Of a DNA stretch of 64,000 nt, positions 45,343 to 54,656 are shown in pieces. The stretch is taken from NCBI GenBank assembly GCA_050010715.1, contig JBEKKM010000005.1:18687-82686 (forward strand). The letters are read 5' to 3'. Position numbers and translations under genes: made by a program. The stretch is from Xanthobacteraceae bacterium (GTDB lineage Bacteria > Pseudomonadota > Alphaproteobacteria > Rhizobiales > Xanthobacteraceae). Every line of letters starts with the position of its first letter. Position 1 is the stretch's first letter. The notes beneath the pieces were generated by a model that saw only the letters and a program-made list of their open reading frames with translations, searched no databases and was not told the origin of the DNA.

Positions 45343-46080
45343 CTAGGCCTCCGCCTGCATCTCGCGCCCGGCGCGGCGCGCCCAATTCTCCCAGGCGCGG
45401 TTGAGGGTGTAGGGTGTGACCCGGCCGATGATCTTGTCGACCTCGCCGGGGGTGAGGAATTTGATCTCGCCCATCTCGCCCAAAGACATGGCCATCGCCT
45501 GCATCTGCAGCTTGGCGCCGAGCTCGAGATAGACCGAGACAAACACGGCGTGGCGCACCGAGCGGCCGACCACGGTGGCGCCGTGACCGCGCATCAGCGC
45601 CGTCGGCTTGGCGTCGATGAGCTTGGCGAGGTCGCGGCCCATGGCCATGTCGCTGACAAGGAGCGCGGTGTCGCCGAACTTGTCGTGGGAATCCCAGACC
45701 GGCACTTCGTGGCCGATCGAGGCGCACATGTGTAAGAGCGGCTTGAGTTTCTTCGCGGTGACGCCGAACGGGATTGTGCTCGGCGAATGATTATGGACGA
45801 CGGCGTGCACGTCCGGCCGCGCCTCGTAGATCGCGCCGTGGATGAAGCGCTCCAGATAAGGCGCGCGGCCGCGCTCGTCGATTGCGGTGCCGTCGAAAGT
45901 ATATTCGACGATGTCGTCGCGCTCGATGCGCTCGGGCGCGCGCGCCCGCGACAACAGATAATGTTGCGGATTGTCGGGGTGGCGAGCGCTGACATGGCCG
46001 AATGAATCGACGATGCCCTCGTTGGCCAGGATGCGATTGGCCGTCACCACTTCTTCGAGAATGAAATCGAGCTTGCTCAT
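45343..46080 (-). CDS. Class II aldolase/adducin family protein
   Basis: ATG 46080 (GGGAGAG upstream). MSKLDFILEEVVTANRILANEGIVDSFGHVSARH and HNHSPS metal-ligand region. Confidence 0.85.
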   Translation of the reverse strand: MSKLDFILEEVVTANRILANEGIVDSFGHVSARHPDNPQHYLLSRARAPERIERDDIVEYTFDGTAIDERGRAPYLERFIHGAIYEARPDVHAVVHNHSPSTIPFGVTAKKLKPLLHMCASIGHEVPVWDSHDKFGDTALLVSDMAMGRDLAKLIDAKPTALMRGHGATVVGRSVRHAVFVSVYLELGAKLQMQAMAMSLGEMGEIKFLTPGEVDKIIGRVTPYTLNRAWENWARRAGREMQAEA

Positions 46081-46241
46081 TGCGCGCCTCTCCCTTGTCG
46101 GGCGCGATCCTATGGGTGAGCGCCTGGTTTGTGAACCGCCGTTCGGCAATACCGTTATGCACTAGACCGCTATGCGCTGGGGCGGCAGTGCGTCGCGGGA
46201 CGACGCCGCCGATCTGCGCTATGCCATGACATTGCTATGCG

Positions 46242-47261
46242 ATGAGCCGGGCCATGCGCCGGGTTTTGGGAGCTTCCGCCATGTTGAGACGTCCTGTCGT
46301 GATCGCCGCTTTTGGTTGCGTGCTCGGTTGCGTGCTTGCGGCCGCCGCCGGCGCGCAGGACAGCAAATTCCCCGACCATCCGGTCCGGGTTATCGTCTCG
46401 GTGCCGGCGGGCGGCGGGGTCGACACTGTCACCCGGATCGTCGCCGCCAAGATGAGCGCCGTATTGGGTCAGCCGATGCCGGTCGAGAACAAGAGCGGCG
46501 CCGCCGGCGGCATCGCAGCCGATGCGGTGTTCCACGCCGATGCCGACGGGTACACCTTGCTGGCTTCGCAACCAGCGCCGATCACGACCAATCCCTTCCT
46601 CTACAAATCGCTCAATTACGATCCGATGCAGCTCACGCCCGTCGTGATCATGTCGCATGTCCCGAACGTGCTTCTGGTGCGGCCCGACTTCCCGGCCAAC
46701 ACCGTGCAAGAGCTGATCGCCTACGCCAAGGCCAATCCGGGCAAGCTCAATTATGGCTCGCAGGGCATCGGCACCACTTCGCATCTGACCACGGAACTGT
46801 TCGAGACAATCACGCATACCCAACTCGTTCACGTGCCGTACAAGGGCACCGCGCCGGCGCTCAACGATCTGATCGCGAGCCACGTCGATCTGATGTTCAA
46901 CGAGCTCGCCAGCTCGATCGAGCTCAACAAGGCCGGTAAGGTGAAAATCCTCGCCGTCGCGACCAAGCAGCGGGTCGCGGCGATCCCCGACGTGCCGACA
47001 CTGGAAGAGGCCGGCGTGTCGGGGTGCGAATCCGACACCTGGAACGCCCTGACCGCGCCGCCGAAGACACCGGCCGGCGCCGTCGCCAAGCTCAACGACG
47101 CGGCCAATCAGGTGATGAAGGATCCGGAGTTGCTCGACCGTTACAAACAACTCAGCCTGTCGCCCGGCGGCGGCACGGTCGCGCAGATGAGCGATTTTCT
47201 CAAAGCAGAGACGCTGCGCTGGGGCGCAGTCATCAAAGCTGCCGGTATTCAGCCGGAATAA
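46242..47261 (+). CDS. Bug family (TctC-like) substrate-binding protein
   Basis: 339 aa. Signal peptide, FPDHPVRVIVSVPAGGGVDTVTRIV and VENKSGAAG. Confidence 0.85.
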   Translation: MSRAMRRVLGASAMLRRPVVIAAFGCVLGCVLAAAAGAQDSKFPDHPVRVIVSVPAGGGVDTVTRIVAAKMSAVLGQPMPVENKSGAAGGIAADAVFHADADGYTLLASQPAPITTNPFLYKSLNYDPMQLTPVVIMSHVPNVLLVRPDFPANTVQELIAYAKANPGKLNYGSQGIGTTSHLTTELFETITHTQLVHVPYKGTAPALNDLIASHVDLMFNELASSIELNKAGKVKILAVATKQRVAAIPDVPTLEEAGVSGCESDTWNALTAPPKTPAGAVAKLNDAANQVMKDPELLDRYKQLSLSPGGGTVAQMSDFLKAETLRWGAVIKAAGIQPE

Positions 47262-47401
47262 TCGGCGATCGCGGCCGTGGCGTCTGCGCTATATACTGAT
47301 ATGACGATTACATAACTTTCGCTCACGCGCTCTTGCGGCCTCATGAGCGGCGTCGTATCGATACGCTACCGCTCGCACCGGGGCGTCGTGCCGATACGAT
47401 C

Positions 47402-48469
47402 ATGCGTAAAACCTTATTCGGATTGTTCAACGATCAGGATTCCGCGCTTGGCGGCAAGCTCGTCGGCATTTATGGCCTGCTGATCGCCGCCAATGTTCTC
47501 GCGTGGGTTTGGGCGCTGATCGCGTTTCGCGATTATCCGGTGCTGGTTGGCACCGCCTTCCTGGCCTATGCGTTCGGTCTGCGCCACGCCGTCGATGCCG
47601 ACCATATCGCGGCGATCGACAACGTGACGCGCAAGCTGATGCAGGAAGGCAAGCGGCCGATCGGCGTCGGCTTCTTCTTCTCGCTCGGCCATTCGACCGT
47701 CGTCGTCCTCACCTCCGCCGTTATCGCGCTGACCACCAGCGCGCTCGAAGGCCGCTTCGACGGGCTCAAGCTCGTCGGCGGCACCATCGGCACGCTGGTC
47801 TCGGCGATTTTTCTGTTTCTCGTTGCCGCCGCCAATTTCATCATCCTGTTGTCGGTCTATCGCACTTTCCAAGAAGTGCGCCGCGGCGGCGCCTTCGTCG
47901 AGGAAGACCTCAATCATCTGTTGGCGCAGCGCGGCGTCCTCGGCCGCCTGTTTCGGCCGATGTTCCGGCTGATCTCGCGCAGCTGGCACATGTATCCGCT
48001 GGGCTTTTTGTTCGGGCTGGGCTTCGATACCGCGACCGAGATCGGCGTGCTCGGCATTGCCGCGGCGCAAGCCTCGAAAGGCTTGCCGATCTGGTCGATC
48101 ATGGTTTTTCCGGCGCTGTTCACCGCGGGCATGTCACTCGTCGACACCACCGACGGCGTGCTGATGCTCGGCGCCTATGGCTGGGCCTTCACCAAGCCGA
48201 TCCGCAAGCTCTACTACAACCTGACGATCACGTTTGTTTCTGTGCTGGTAGCCGTGCTGATCGGCGGCATCGAAGCGCTCGGCCTGTTGGCCGATCGATT
48301 GAATCTCGACGGGGCGTTCTGGCTCTATATCGGCAGGCTGAATGAGAACTTCGGCAGCCTCGGCTATCTCATCATCGCGATCTTCGTCGTGAGCTGGCTC
48401 GTCTCGATCGCCGTCTACCGGCTGGCGCGGTTCGACCGCATCGAAAGCCGCGTCAACGCCAGCGCCTGA
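47402..48469 (+). CDS. NiCoT family (HoxN/HupN/NixA) nickel/cobalt transporter
   Basis: Signature RHAVDADHIAAIDN (HX4DH), then FFFSLGHS and GLGFDTATE. ATG 47402 (MRKTLFGLF) is preferred over ORF-track start 47333. Confidence 0.88.
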   Translation: MRKTLFGLFNDQDSALGGKLVGIYGLLIAANVLAWVWALIAFRDYPVLVGTAFLAYAFGLRHAVDADHIAAIDNVTRKLMQEGKRPIGVGFFFSLGHSTVVVLTSAVIALTTSALEGRFDGLKLVGGTIGTLVSAIFLFLVAAANFIILLSVYRTFQEVRRGGAFVEEDLNHLLAQRGVLGRLFRPMFRLISRSWHMYPLGFLFGLGFDTATEIGVLGIAAAQASKGLPIWSIMVFPALFTAGMSLVDTTDGVLMLGAYGWAFTKPIRKLYYNLTITFVSVLVAVLIGGIEALGLLADRLNLDGAFWLYIGRLNENFGSLGYLIIAIFVVSWLVSIAVYRLARFDRIESRVNASA

Positions 48470-48506
48470 GGCGTGTAGTCCGGCATGCGCAGCGGCAAAG
48501 CGCCGC

Positions 48507-48884
48507 TTGTGGCCGCGTCGCCGAAACCTAGATAAAGTCCCCCGCCCACAACGCATGAGCGGCCCGATGGCGAACGATCAGGATCAGCCGGAACTGCCTC
48601 GGGTAGAGCCCGAGATCATTCCACCAGACCGCCAAGAACGCGGACCAGGACGCGGCGCCGACTGGCGGCGCGCGGCTTGGCGCCCCTATGGACCGAACGA
48701 AACGGCCGGCATGCATCGCGTCTATGTCGGGCGGATCGGGCCGTTCGGCTTCGCCATGCTGACCTTGGCGTTCGCCATTCTTGCCGCGGCAATTTTGTTG
48801 GTGTTCGCCGGCGCTATACTGCTTTGGCTTCCGGTGGTCGCCTTGCTGATCGTCGTCGGCGCCATTGTCCGCTTTTTGCGCTGA
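48507..48884 (+). CDS. Hypothetical small membrane protein
   Basis: ORF with a charged N-terminal half and two C-terminal hydrophobic helices (FGFAMLTLAFAILAAAILLVFAGAILLWLPVVALLIVVGAIV). The start is uncertain (48555 or 48567 also possible). Confidence 0.5.
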   Translation: MWPRRRNLDKVPRPQRMSGPMANDQDQPELPRVEPEIIPPDRQERGPGRGADWRRAAWRPYGPNETAGMHRVYVGRIGPFGFAMLTLAFAILAAAILLVFAGAILLWLPVVALLIVVGAIVRFLR

Positions 48885-49090
48885 CCGGTCGGCCGCGCGG
48901 CGAGCCGTTATTTTGACGGCCGCGCACGCCGAATACACGCGACGTTAACCTTAAGCCTTTATGAATTGATTAACCATATCGCGTTGCGTGGTTGTGCCAC
49001 AGTGGCGTGACCTTGCTGGCGCATGTGGCGGGTCACCATGTACGCGGCCGGCCGGCCGCGGTGTCGAGATTGGCGTCGAGATTAGCGTGA

Positions 49091-51238
49091 ATGTTTGAAG
49101 CGTCGAGTCATATGCCGTCGACGGTGGTCTCAAGGCGCGATCTGAGCCTGGGCTTCGCATCGCTTCCCCCGATCGACGTCCAGAAAATCTGGTCCGTCCT
49201 GTGGCGGGGCAAAATCACGATCCTGCTGTCAACGCTGGTTGCAGTCGCCCTGGCCGCGGCCTTCGTGCTGCTGGTGCCGCACAAATACACCGCGACGACG
49301 CAGATCCTCATCGATCCGATGGATTTGCGCGGCGCCCAGAACGACATCTCTCCGGCCATTCCGCAAAGCGATGCCGCCGTGCTCCAGGTTGAGAGTCAGG
49401 CCCGCGTCATCGCTTCCGACAATGTGCTGAGCCGCGTCGTCGCTTCGGAAGGCCTCGACCACGACCCGGAATTCATGCGCGGCGCGTTGGCGGAAAAATA
49501 CGGTCCCCTCGCCGCGCTGAACGAGCTCGAAAAACGCGTCCAGGTGAAGCGCCCCGAGCGCACCTATGTGGTCGAGGTCAGCGTCACCAGCGAAGACCCG
49601 GCAAAAGCCGCGCGCATCGCCAATGCCATCGCGCAAACCTATCTCACCGAGCAGACCGAGGTGCGGTCCAGCGCCGCCCGCCAGATTTCTCAATCGCTGA
49701 CGGCGCGGCTCAACGAGCTCAAGGACCGTGTGCGCGACGCCGAGCAGAAGGTCGAGGCCTACAAGGCAAGCCACAATATCGTCGGCGCCAACGGCGAGCT
49801 GGTCAACGAGCAGCAGCTGACCAACTTGAACTCCCAGCTCAGCACCGCGCGCGCGCGCACGTCGGAGGCGAAGGCGCGCCTCGACCAGGTTGAAAGCGTA
49901 CTGCAATCGAAAACTCCGATCGGCGCTTTCCCGGAGGCGGTGCAGTCGCAGACCATCACTATGTTGCGCAGCCAATATGCCGAGATCATGCGCCGCGACG
50001 CTGAGCAGAAGTCCTCGCTCGGCGAACGTCACCCCGCGGTCATCGAGATCGAGGCGCAAGGGGCGCGGCTGCAGAAGCTGATCGAAGACGAGGTCAGCCG
50101 CATCGCGCAGTCCGACCGCGCCGAATACGAGCGCGCCAAAGCCGACGAGGACATGCTGTCGCGCCAGGTCGATGCGCTCAAGAACACCGCGGTCAGCACC
50201 AATGAATCGCTGGTCGGCTTGCGCGAGCTTGAGCGCGACGTGCAGGCGAACCGCACGGTCTATGAATCGTTTCTGGTCCGCTCCCGCGAAACCGGCGAGC
50301 AGGAGCAGGTCGATACCAAGAACATTCGCATCATCTCCAAGGCCGACCCGCCGATGTACCGCAGCTCGCCGCCGCCGAGCCTCGTTCTCGGCTTGGCCGC
50401 GGCGTTGCTCGGCTTCGCTTCGGGCGTCGGCATCGTCATCATGCAAGGGGCGGCCGAAGACGCGGCGCCCCGGCCGGCCAAACCGCGAGCAAAGGCACAA
50501 GCAAACACACCGGCCAGTTTCGGCAGACTGGGCGCGTTCGCCAAGAAATTATGGGAGGCGCCGGAACCGCCGCGCACCATTATGGTGCTGGCGACATTGC
50601 CCAATGTCGATATCGCGTTCGGCCTGGAAGCGGTGGAAGACCCGCATTCGCGCTTCGCCCGCGAAATCCAGAAAGTGTACGAGGCCGTGCGCGCCAGCCA
50701 CAAAAAGCGCGGTAATCCGAGCGTTCTGGTTGTCGCCGCCGACGATGAGGACGACACCGCATCGGTGGCGCTGATGCTCGCCGCGGCGGCCGCGGCAACC
50801 CAGCGCGTGCTGCTGATCGATACCGACCTCAAGCGCCGCACGCTGTCGGCGATCGACGCCGACGACGGCGACGCCGGCCTGGTCGACGTCGCCGTCGGCC
50901 GCCGCGAGCTCTCCGAGGTGATCGTTCGCGACCGCGACACCAACGTCAATCTGCTGCCGTTCGTGTCGCCGAACAGCCGCCGCGATCGCCGCATCAGCGA
51001 CGCCGACATCAAAGAGGCCTTCGACAAGACCAAACGCTTCGACATGGTGATCGTCGCCGCGGTCGACGTGGCCCGCGATCCGAGCGCCCGGTTCTTTGCC
51101 GGGCTCGTCGATCATATCGTGCTGGTCGCCAGAGCCGACGAGCGCGACGACGACGCCGTCGAACTGTTCGTCGCGCGGCTGGGCGCCGATGCGCAAAAAG
51201 TCCTGGGCGCGGTGCTGACCGGCGTCGAAGCAGCCTGA
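49091..51238 (+). CDS. Polysaccharide co-polymerase (Wzz/GumC/ExoP-like) with degenerate BY-kinase-like C-terminal domain
   Basis: 715 aa. Wzz-type N-terminus (IDVQKIWSVLWRGKITILLSTLVAVALAAAF), long coiled-coil periplasmic region, second TM, then a P-loop-NTPase-like domain lacking Walker A. Confidence 0.85.
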   Translation: MFEASSHMPSTVVSRRDLSLGFASLPPIDVQKIWSVLWRGKITILLSTLVAVALAAAFVLLVPHKYTATTQILIDPMDLRGAQNDISPAIPQSDAAVLQVESQARVIASDNVLSRVVASEGLDHDPEFMRGALAEKYGPLAALNELEKRVQVKRPERTYVVEVSVTSEDPAKAARIANAIAQTYLTEQTEVRSSAARQISQSLTARLNELKDRVRDAEQKVEAYKASHNIVGANGELVNEQQLTNLNSQLSTARARTSEAKARLDQVESVLQSKTPIGAFPEAVQSQTITMLRSQYAEIMRRDAEQKSSLGERHPAVIEIEAQGARLQKLIEDEVSRIAQSDRAEYERAKADEDMLSRQVDALKNTAVSTNESLVGLRELERDVQANRTVYESFLVRSRETGEQEQVDTKNIRIISKADPPMYRSSPPPSLVLGLAAALLGFASGVGIVIMQGAAEDAAPRPAKPRAKAQANTPASFGRLGAFAKKLWEAPEPPRTIMVLATLPNVDIAFGLEAVEDPHSRFAREIQKVYEAVRASHKKRGNPSVLVVAADDEDDTASVALMLAAAAAATQRVLLIDTDLKRRTLSAIDADDGDAGLVDVAVGRRELSEVIVRDRDTNVNLLPFVSPNSRRDRRISDADIKEAFDKTKRFDMVIVAAVDVARDPSARFFAGLVDHIVLVARADERDDDAVELFVARLGADAQKVLGAVLTGVEAA

Positions 51239-51273
51239 AGGCCGGCGCGGCCGCGCCAGCGAGGAAAGTCGTC

Positions 51274-52572
51274 GTGGCGAATATCGGCTATCTTCCGCGG
51301 CAGGATTTTGCGGTCCAAAGGACCAGTCCCGCCGATATTCTGATCCGCAGCGTGCTGATCGCGGCGGTGTTTCTGTCGCTGTGGATTTCGTTCCATCCTT
51401 TTCCAGCTCTGGATGAGCCGATCGAAGTCACCGAGGCCGGCAACCTTGCCAATCAACTCGGCTATTCGACCTTGTTCGTCCTGCTTCTCGCATGGAACCT
51501 TCTTCACCAGCCGCAGCGGCTGCTGCTTCTGGTACGGCCGGTTCTTATCGCGACATTGCTTTGGTTCGCTCTGACCGTCGTCACGTCGTGGGATCCTGCA
51601 CTGTCCGCTCGCCGTTTGGCCTTTGCCCTGGTGACCATCGGCATCGCCGGCATGGTGCTGTTGGTGCCGAAGAATCCGCGGCATTTCGCCGATGTGATGG
51701 CCGTGGTGGTGCTGATCGTGCTCGCCGCCTGTTATCTCGGCGTCGCCTTGGCGCCGCAGCTGACGATCCACCAGGCTTCGGATGTGATCGAGCCCGAGCT
51801 TGCCGGCGATTGGCGCGGCGTGTTCGGCCACAAGAACGAGGCCAGCGTGGTGATGGTGTTATTCGTTTTCATCGGCATGTTCATCGCCCGCGTGCGCAGT
51901 CTCGGCCTCGGCGCCGTCATCGTCATGCTGGCGCTGCCGTTTCTTTTTTTCACCAATTCGAAAACCGCGATGGCGGCGCTGCCGCTGGCGCTGATCGTTT
52001 CCGTCATCATGGCGCGCGCGGCGAAACCGGCCAACGGTGTCGGCGTCGCGCTAGGGCTGCTACTCGCCCTGAATCTTCTCTCGATCGGATCGATCTATAT
52101 CGCGCCGATCCACGCCCTGGTCGAAGCGATCATGCCGGACGCAACCTTTACCGGCCGCACCGACATCTGGAAATTCGCCATTGATCACATAGCGCAACGC
52201 CCGATCACCGGCTATGGCTTTGCCACGTTCTGGGGCACCGAACAGGTCGTTTACGGCATGACCGGCGCGACCTGGGCCAATACCGCAAGCCATGCCCACA
52301 ACGGCTTCGTCGACCTGGCGCTGACCATCGGCATTCCCGGCTCGGCACTGATGACGTTGTGGCTCGTGGTGCTGCCGCTGTTCGACTATTACCGGGCGCC
52401 GGACGAGCCGGAGAGCGCAGCACTGAAAATGCTGTTCTTGCGCATCTGCCTCTTCGCGGCTTTCGAATCCTGCTTCGAAACCCTGTTTACCCAAGTGGGC
52501 GCGCTATGGCTGATCCTCATCGCAGCCGCCTTTGGGCTGCGCCTCGTGGCGGTCGCGCCCGTATCGCGCTAA
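51274..52572 (+). CDS. O-antigen ligase/Wzy-like polysaccharide polymerase family membrane protein
   Basis: 432 aa, about 10-12 TM. Wzy_C-like segment RSLGLGAVIVML...FTNSKTA and loop GYGFATFWG...HAHNGFVDLALTIGIPG. Confidence 0.8.
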   Translation: MANIGYLPRQDFAVQRTSPADILIRSVLIAAVFLSLWISFHPFPALDEPIEVTEAGNLANQLGYSTLFVLLLAWNLLHQPQRLLLLVRPVLIATLLWFALTVVTSWDPALSARRLAFALVTIGIAGMVLLVPKNPRHFADVMAVVVLIVLAACYLGVALAPQLTIHQASDVIEPELAGDWRGVFGHKNEASVVMVLFVFIGMFIARVRSLGLGAVIVMLALPFLFFTNSKTAMAALPLALIVSVIMARAAKPANGVGVALGLLLALNLLSIGSIYIAPIHALVEAIMPDATFTGRTDIWKFAIDHIAQRPITGYGFATFWGTEQVVYGMTGATWANTASHAHNGFVDLALTIGIPGSALMTLWLVVLPLFDYYRAPDEPESAALKMLFLRICLFAAFESCFETLFTQVGALWLILIAAAFGLRLVAVAPVSR

Positions 52573-52657
52573 AGCTGCATCAGACGCTGCCGAAGCCTTA
52601 AGCCTAATTTCCAATTAACCTTTATTTTCCATAGCTTAGCGCATAACTAAAGGGCCC

Positions 52658-53530
52658 GTGGAGGGTAGCGCCATGCCGGCACAAACCGGCTTTCTTTGCT
52701 TTGACGCCACGACCGAACCGAAGTGGGACGTGCCGGTCGCCACGATAGGCGGGCTGCCCATTGCTGTGATCGACCGTGCGCGGTCAGCCGCCATGATGGT
52801 CGATACGGCGCTCTCCCGGCGCGACACCGCGCAGCCCCCGCTGGTCTTCACCTCCGCCAACGGCCAGGTGCTCTCGATGTGCGCCCGCGACGCGCGGATC
52901 CGCGATCTCTTCCTCGACGCCGATCTCATCCACGCCGACGGCATGCCGCTGGTCTTTGTCTCGCGCCTTTTCAGCAAGACGCCGCTGCCGGAGCGCGTCG
53001 CCACCACCGACCTGTTTCACGACACCGCGCTTGTCGCGCAAGAGCGCGGCGCCAGCATTTATCTGCTCGGCGCGACCAAGGCCGTCGTCGATCAGGCGGT
53101 GCGCCGCACCCGGGAGCTTTATCCCGCGCTCAAGATCGCCGGATACAACAGTGGCTATTTGCGCCGCGACGGCGACGAGGCGCGGATCATCGCCGATATC
53201 AATCAAGCCAAGCCGGACATTCTGTGGCTCGGGCTCGGCGCGCCGGCCGAACAATCGTTCGCCGCGCGCAATCGCGACCGGCTGCGCGGCGTCGGGCTGA
53301 TCAAGACTTCCGGCGGTCTGTTCGATTTCGTCTCCGGCAAGAATTCGCGGGCGCCGGCCTGGATGCAACGGCTCGGGCTGGAATGGGCCTATCGCATCTA
53401 TCTCGAGCCGCGGCGTCTCGCCGGCCGCTATCTCATGACCAATCCGCACGCGATTTTTCTGTTGCTGACGCGCACCGGACGAAACGGCAGCACTCCGATG
53501 ACGATGACACGGAGCGTCTCCGCGCCATGA
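52658..53530 (+). CDS. WecB/TagA/CpsF family glycosyltransferase
   Basis: 290 aa. HADGMPLVF, IYLLGA, ILWLGLGAPAEQSF, GVGLIKTSGGLFDF. Confidence 0.88.
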   Translation: MEGSAMPAQTGFLCFDATTEPKWDVPVATIGGLPIAVIDRARSAAMMVDTALSRRDTAQPPLVFTSANGQVLSMCARDARIRDLFLDADLIHADGMPLVFVSRLFSKTPLPERVATTDLFHDTALVAQERGASIYLLGATKAVVDQAVRRTRELYPALKIAGYNSGYLRRDGDEARIIADINQAKPDILWLGLGAPAEQSFAARNRDRLRGVGLIKTSGGLFDFVSGKNSRAPAWMQRLGLEWAYRIYLEPRRLAGRYLMTNPHAIFLLLTRTGRNGSTPMTMTRSVSAP

Positions 53531-54456
53531 CCGAGTCGCCGGCGCCTCATGTCTGTCTATGCGTGCCGACGTTCCGCCGCCCCGAGGGCTTGCGCAAGCT
53601 GCTCCCCCATGTCGAACGGCTGAATTACGCCGGCCCGATCGATGTCATCGTCGTCGACAACGATGCCGAACGCCGCGACGGCGCGGCGGTCGTCGGGGAG
53701 TTCGCGCGCACGTTCCGTCTGCCGCTGACCTGCATCGTCGAGCCGCGCCGCGGCCAGACCTACGCCTATAACCGCGCCTTCGCGCAGGCCTGCCGCGCGA
53801 CGCCGGCGCCCGATTACGTGGCCGTGCTCGACGATGACGAATATCCCGATCCGAACTGGCTCGCGGAAATGATCCGGGTCGCGCGGCAATACGGCGCCGA
53901 TATCGTCGGCGGGCCGGTTTTTCCGGTGTTTGACAATCCCGACCATTGGCTGGCCAAGAGCGGCTTCTATGCGCCGAGCCGCAATGCCACCGGTCCGGTG
54001 TCGATGATCTACGGCGCCGGCAACATGCTGATCCGGCGCGGCGTGCTGGAACAGTATCTCGACGAGCCCTTCGCGCACGTATACGCATTCACCGGCGGCA
54101 GCGACTATGATTTCTTCTGGCGCTGCCGCAACGACGGCCGCAGCTTTGCCTGGGCCGACGATGCCCAGGTGTTCGAGACCACGCCGCCGTCGCGCACCAC
54201 CGTCGGCTATGTGCTGCGCCGCAAGTTCCGCAACGGCACCGAGGCGACCCGCCTGGAGCGCAAGTTCCTGGGGACCGTCGCCGGCACGCTGCGCCGCTGG
54301 TGCATCGGCCTTGGCCTCATCGGCCTCGGCATTGCCTCGCTGCCGCTCGCCGCGCTGCGCGGCCGCCGCGCCATCATGGCTAGCCTGATCCGCGCGGCGC
54401 GCGGCGCCGGCCGCCTCGCCGCGGAATTCGACCTGCATTACGAGCAGTACCGCTAG
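53527..54456 (+). CDS. Glycosyltransferase family 2
   Basis: ATG 53527 overlaps the preceding stop (ATGA). VCLCVPTFRRPEGLRKLL, VVDND, VLDDDE. Confidence 0.88.
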   Translation: MTESPAPHVCLCVPTFRRPEGLRKLLPHVERLNYAGPIDVIVVDNDAERRDGAAVVGEFARTFRLPLTCIVEPRRGQTYAYNRAFAQACRATPAPDYVAVLDDDEYPDPNWLAEMIRVARQYGADIVGGPVFPVFDNPDHWLAKSGFYAPSRNATGPVSMIYGAGNMLIRRGVLEQYLDEPFAHVYAFTGGSDYDFFWRCRNDGRSFAWADDAQVFETTPPSRTTVGYVLRRKFRNGTEATRLERKFLGTVAGTLRRWCIGLGLIGLGIASLPLAALRGRRAIMASLIRAARGAGRLAAEFDLHYEQYR

Positions 54457-54656
54457 CCGCGAAAACGCCGGGCGCTTCGCGCGGCGGCGTTGCCGCCGTT
54501 GACGGCACGCGGCACAGCGTTAACGCGGGCGCGCAATTAGGATTAACGATTTACGACGATCGGTGAACGATCGCTGAATCGCAAACACGCGATGGACGGA
54601 TAAGCGTACAGGCACTTATATCTTTCAGGGGCTCCTGAAATGGCAATGTCGCAGGC

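Noticed and set aside
47262-47401. Cobalamin riboswitch upstream of the NiCoT transporter.
   Set aside because: The gap is only about 140 nt, no B12-box-like sequence was recognised, and the structure is too short for the roughly 200-nt element.
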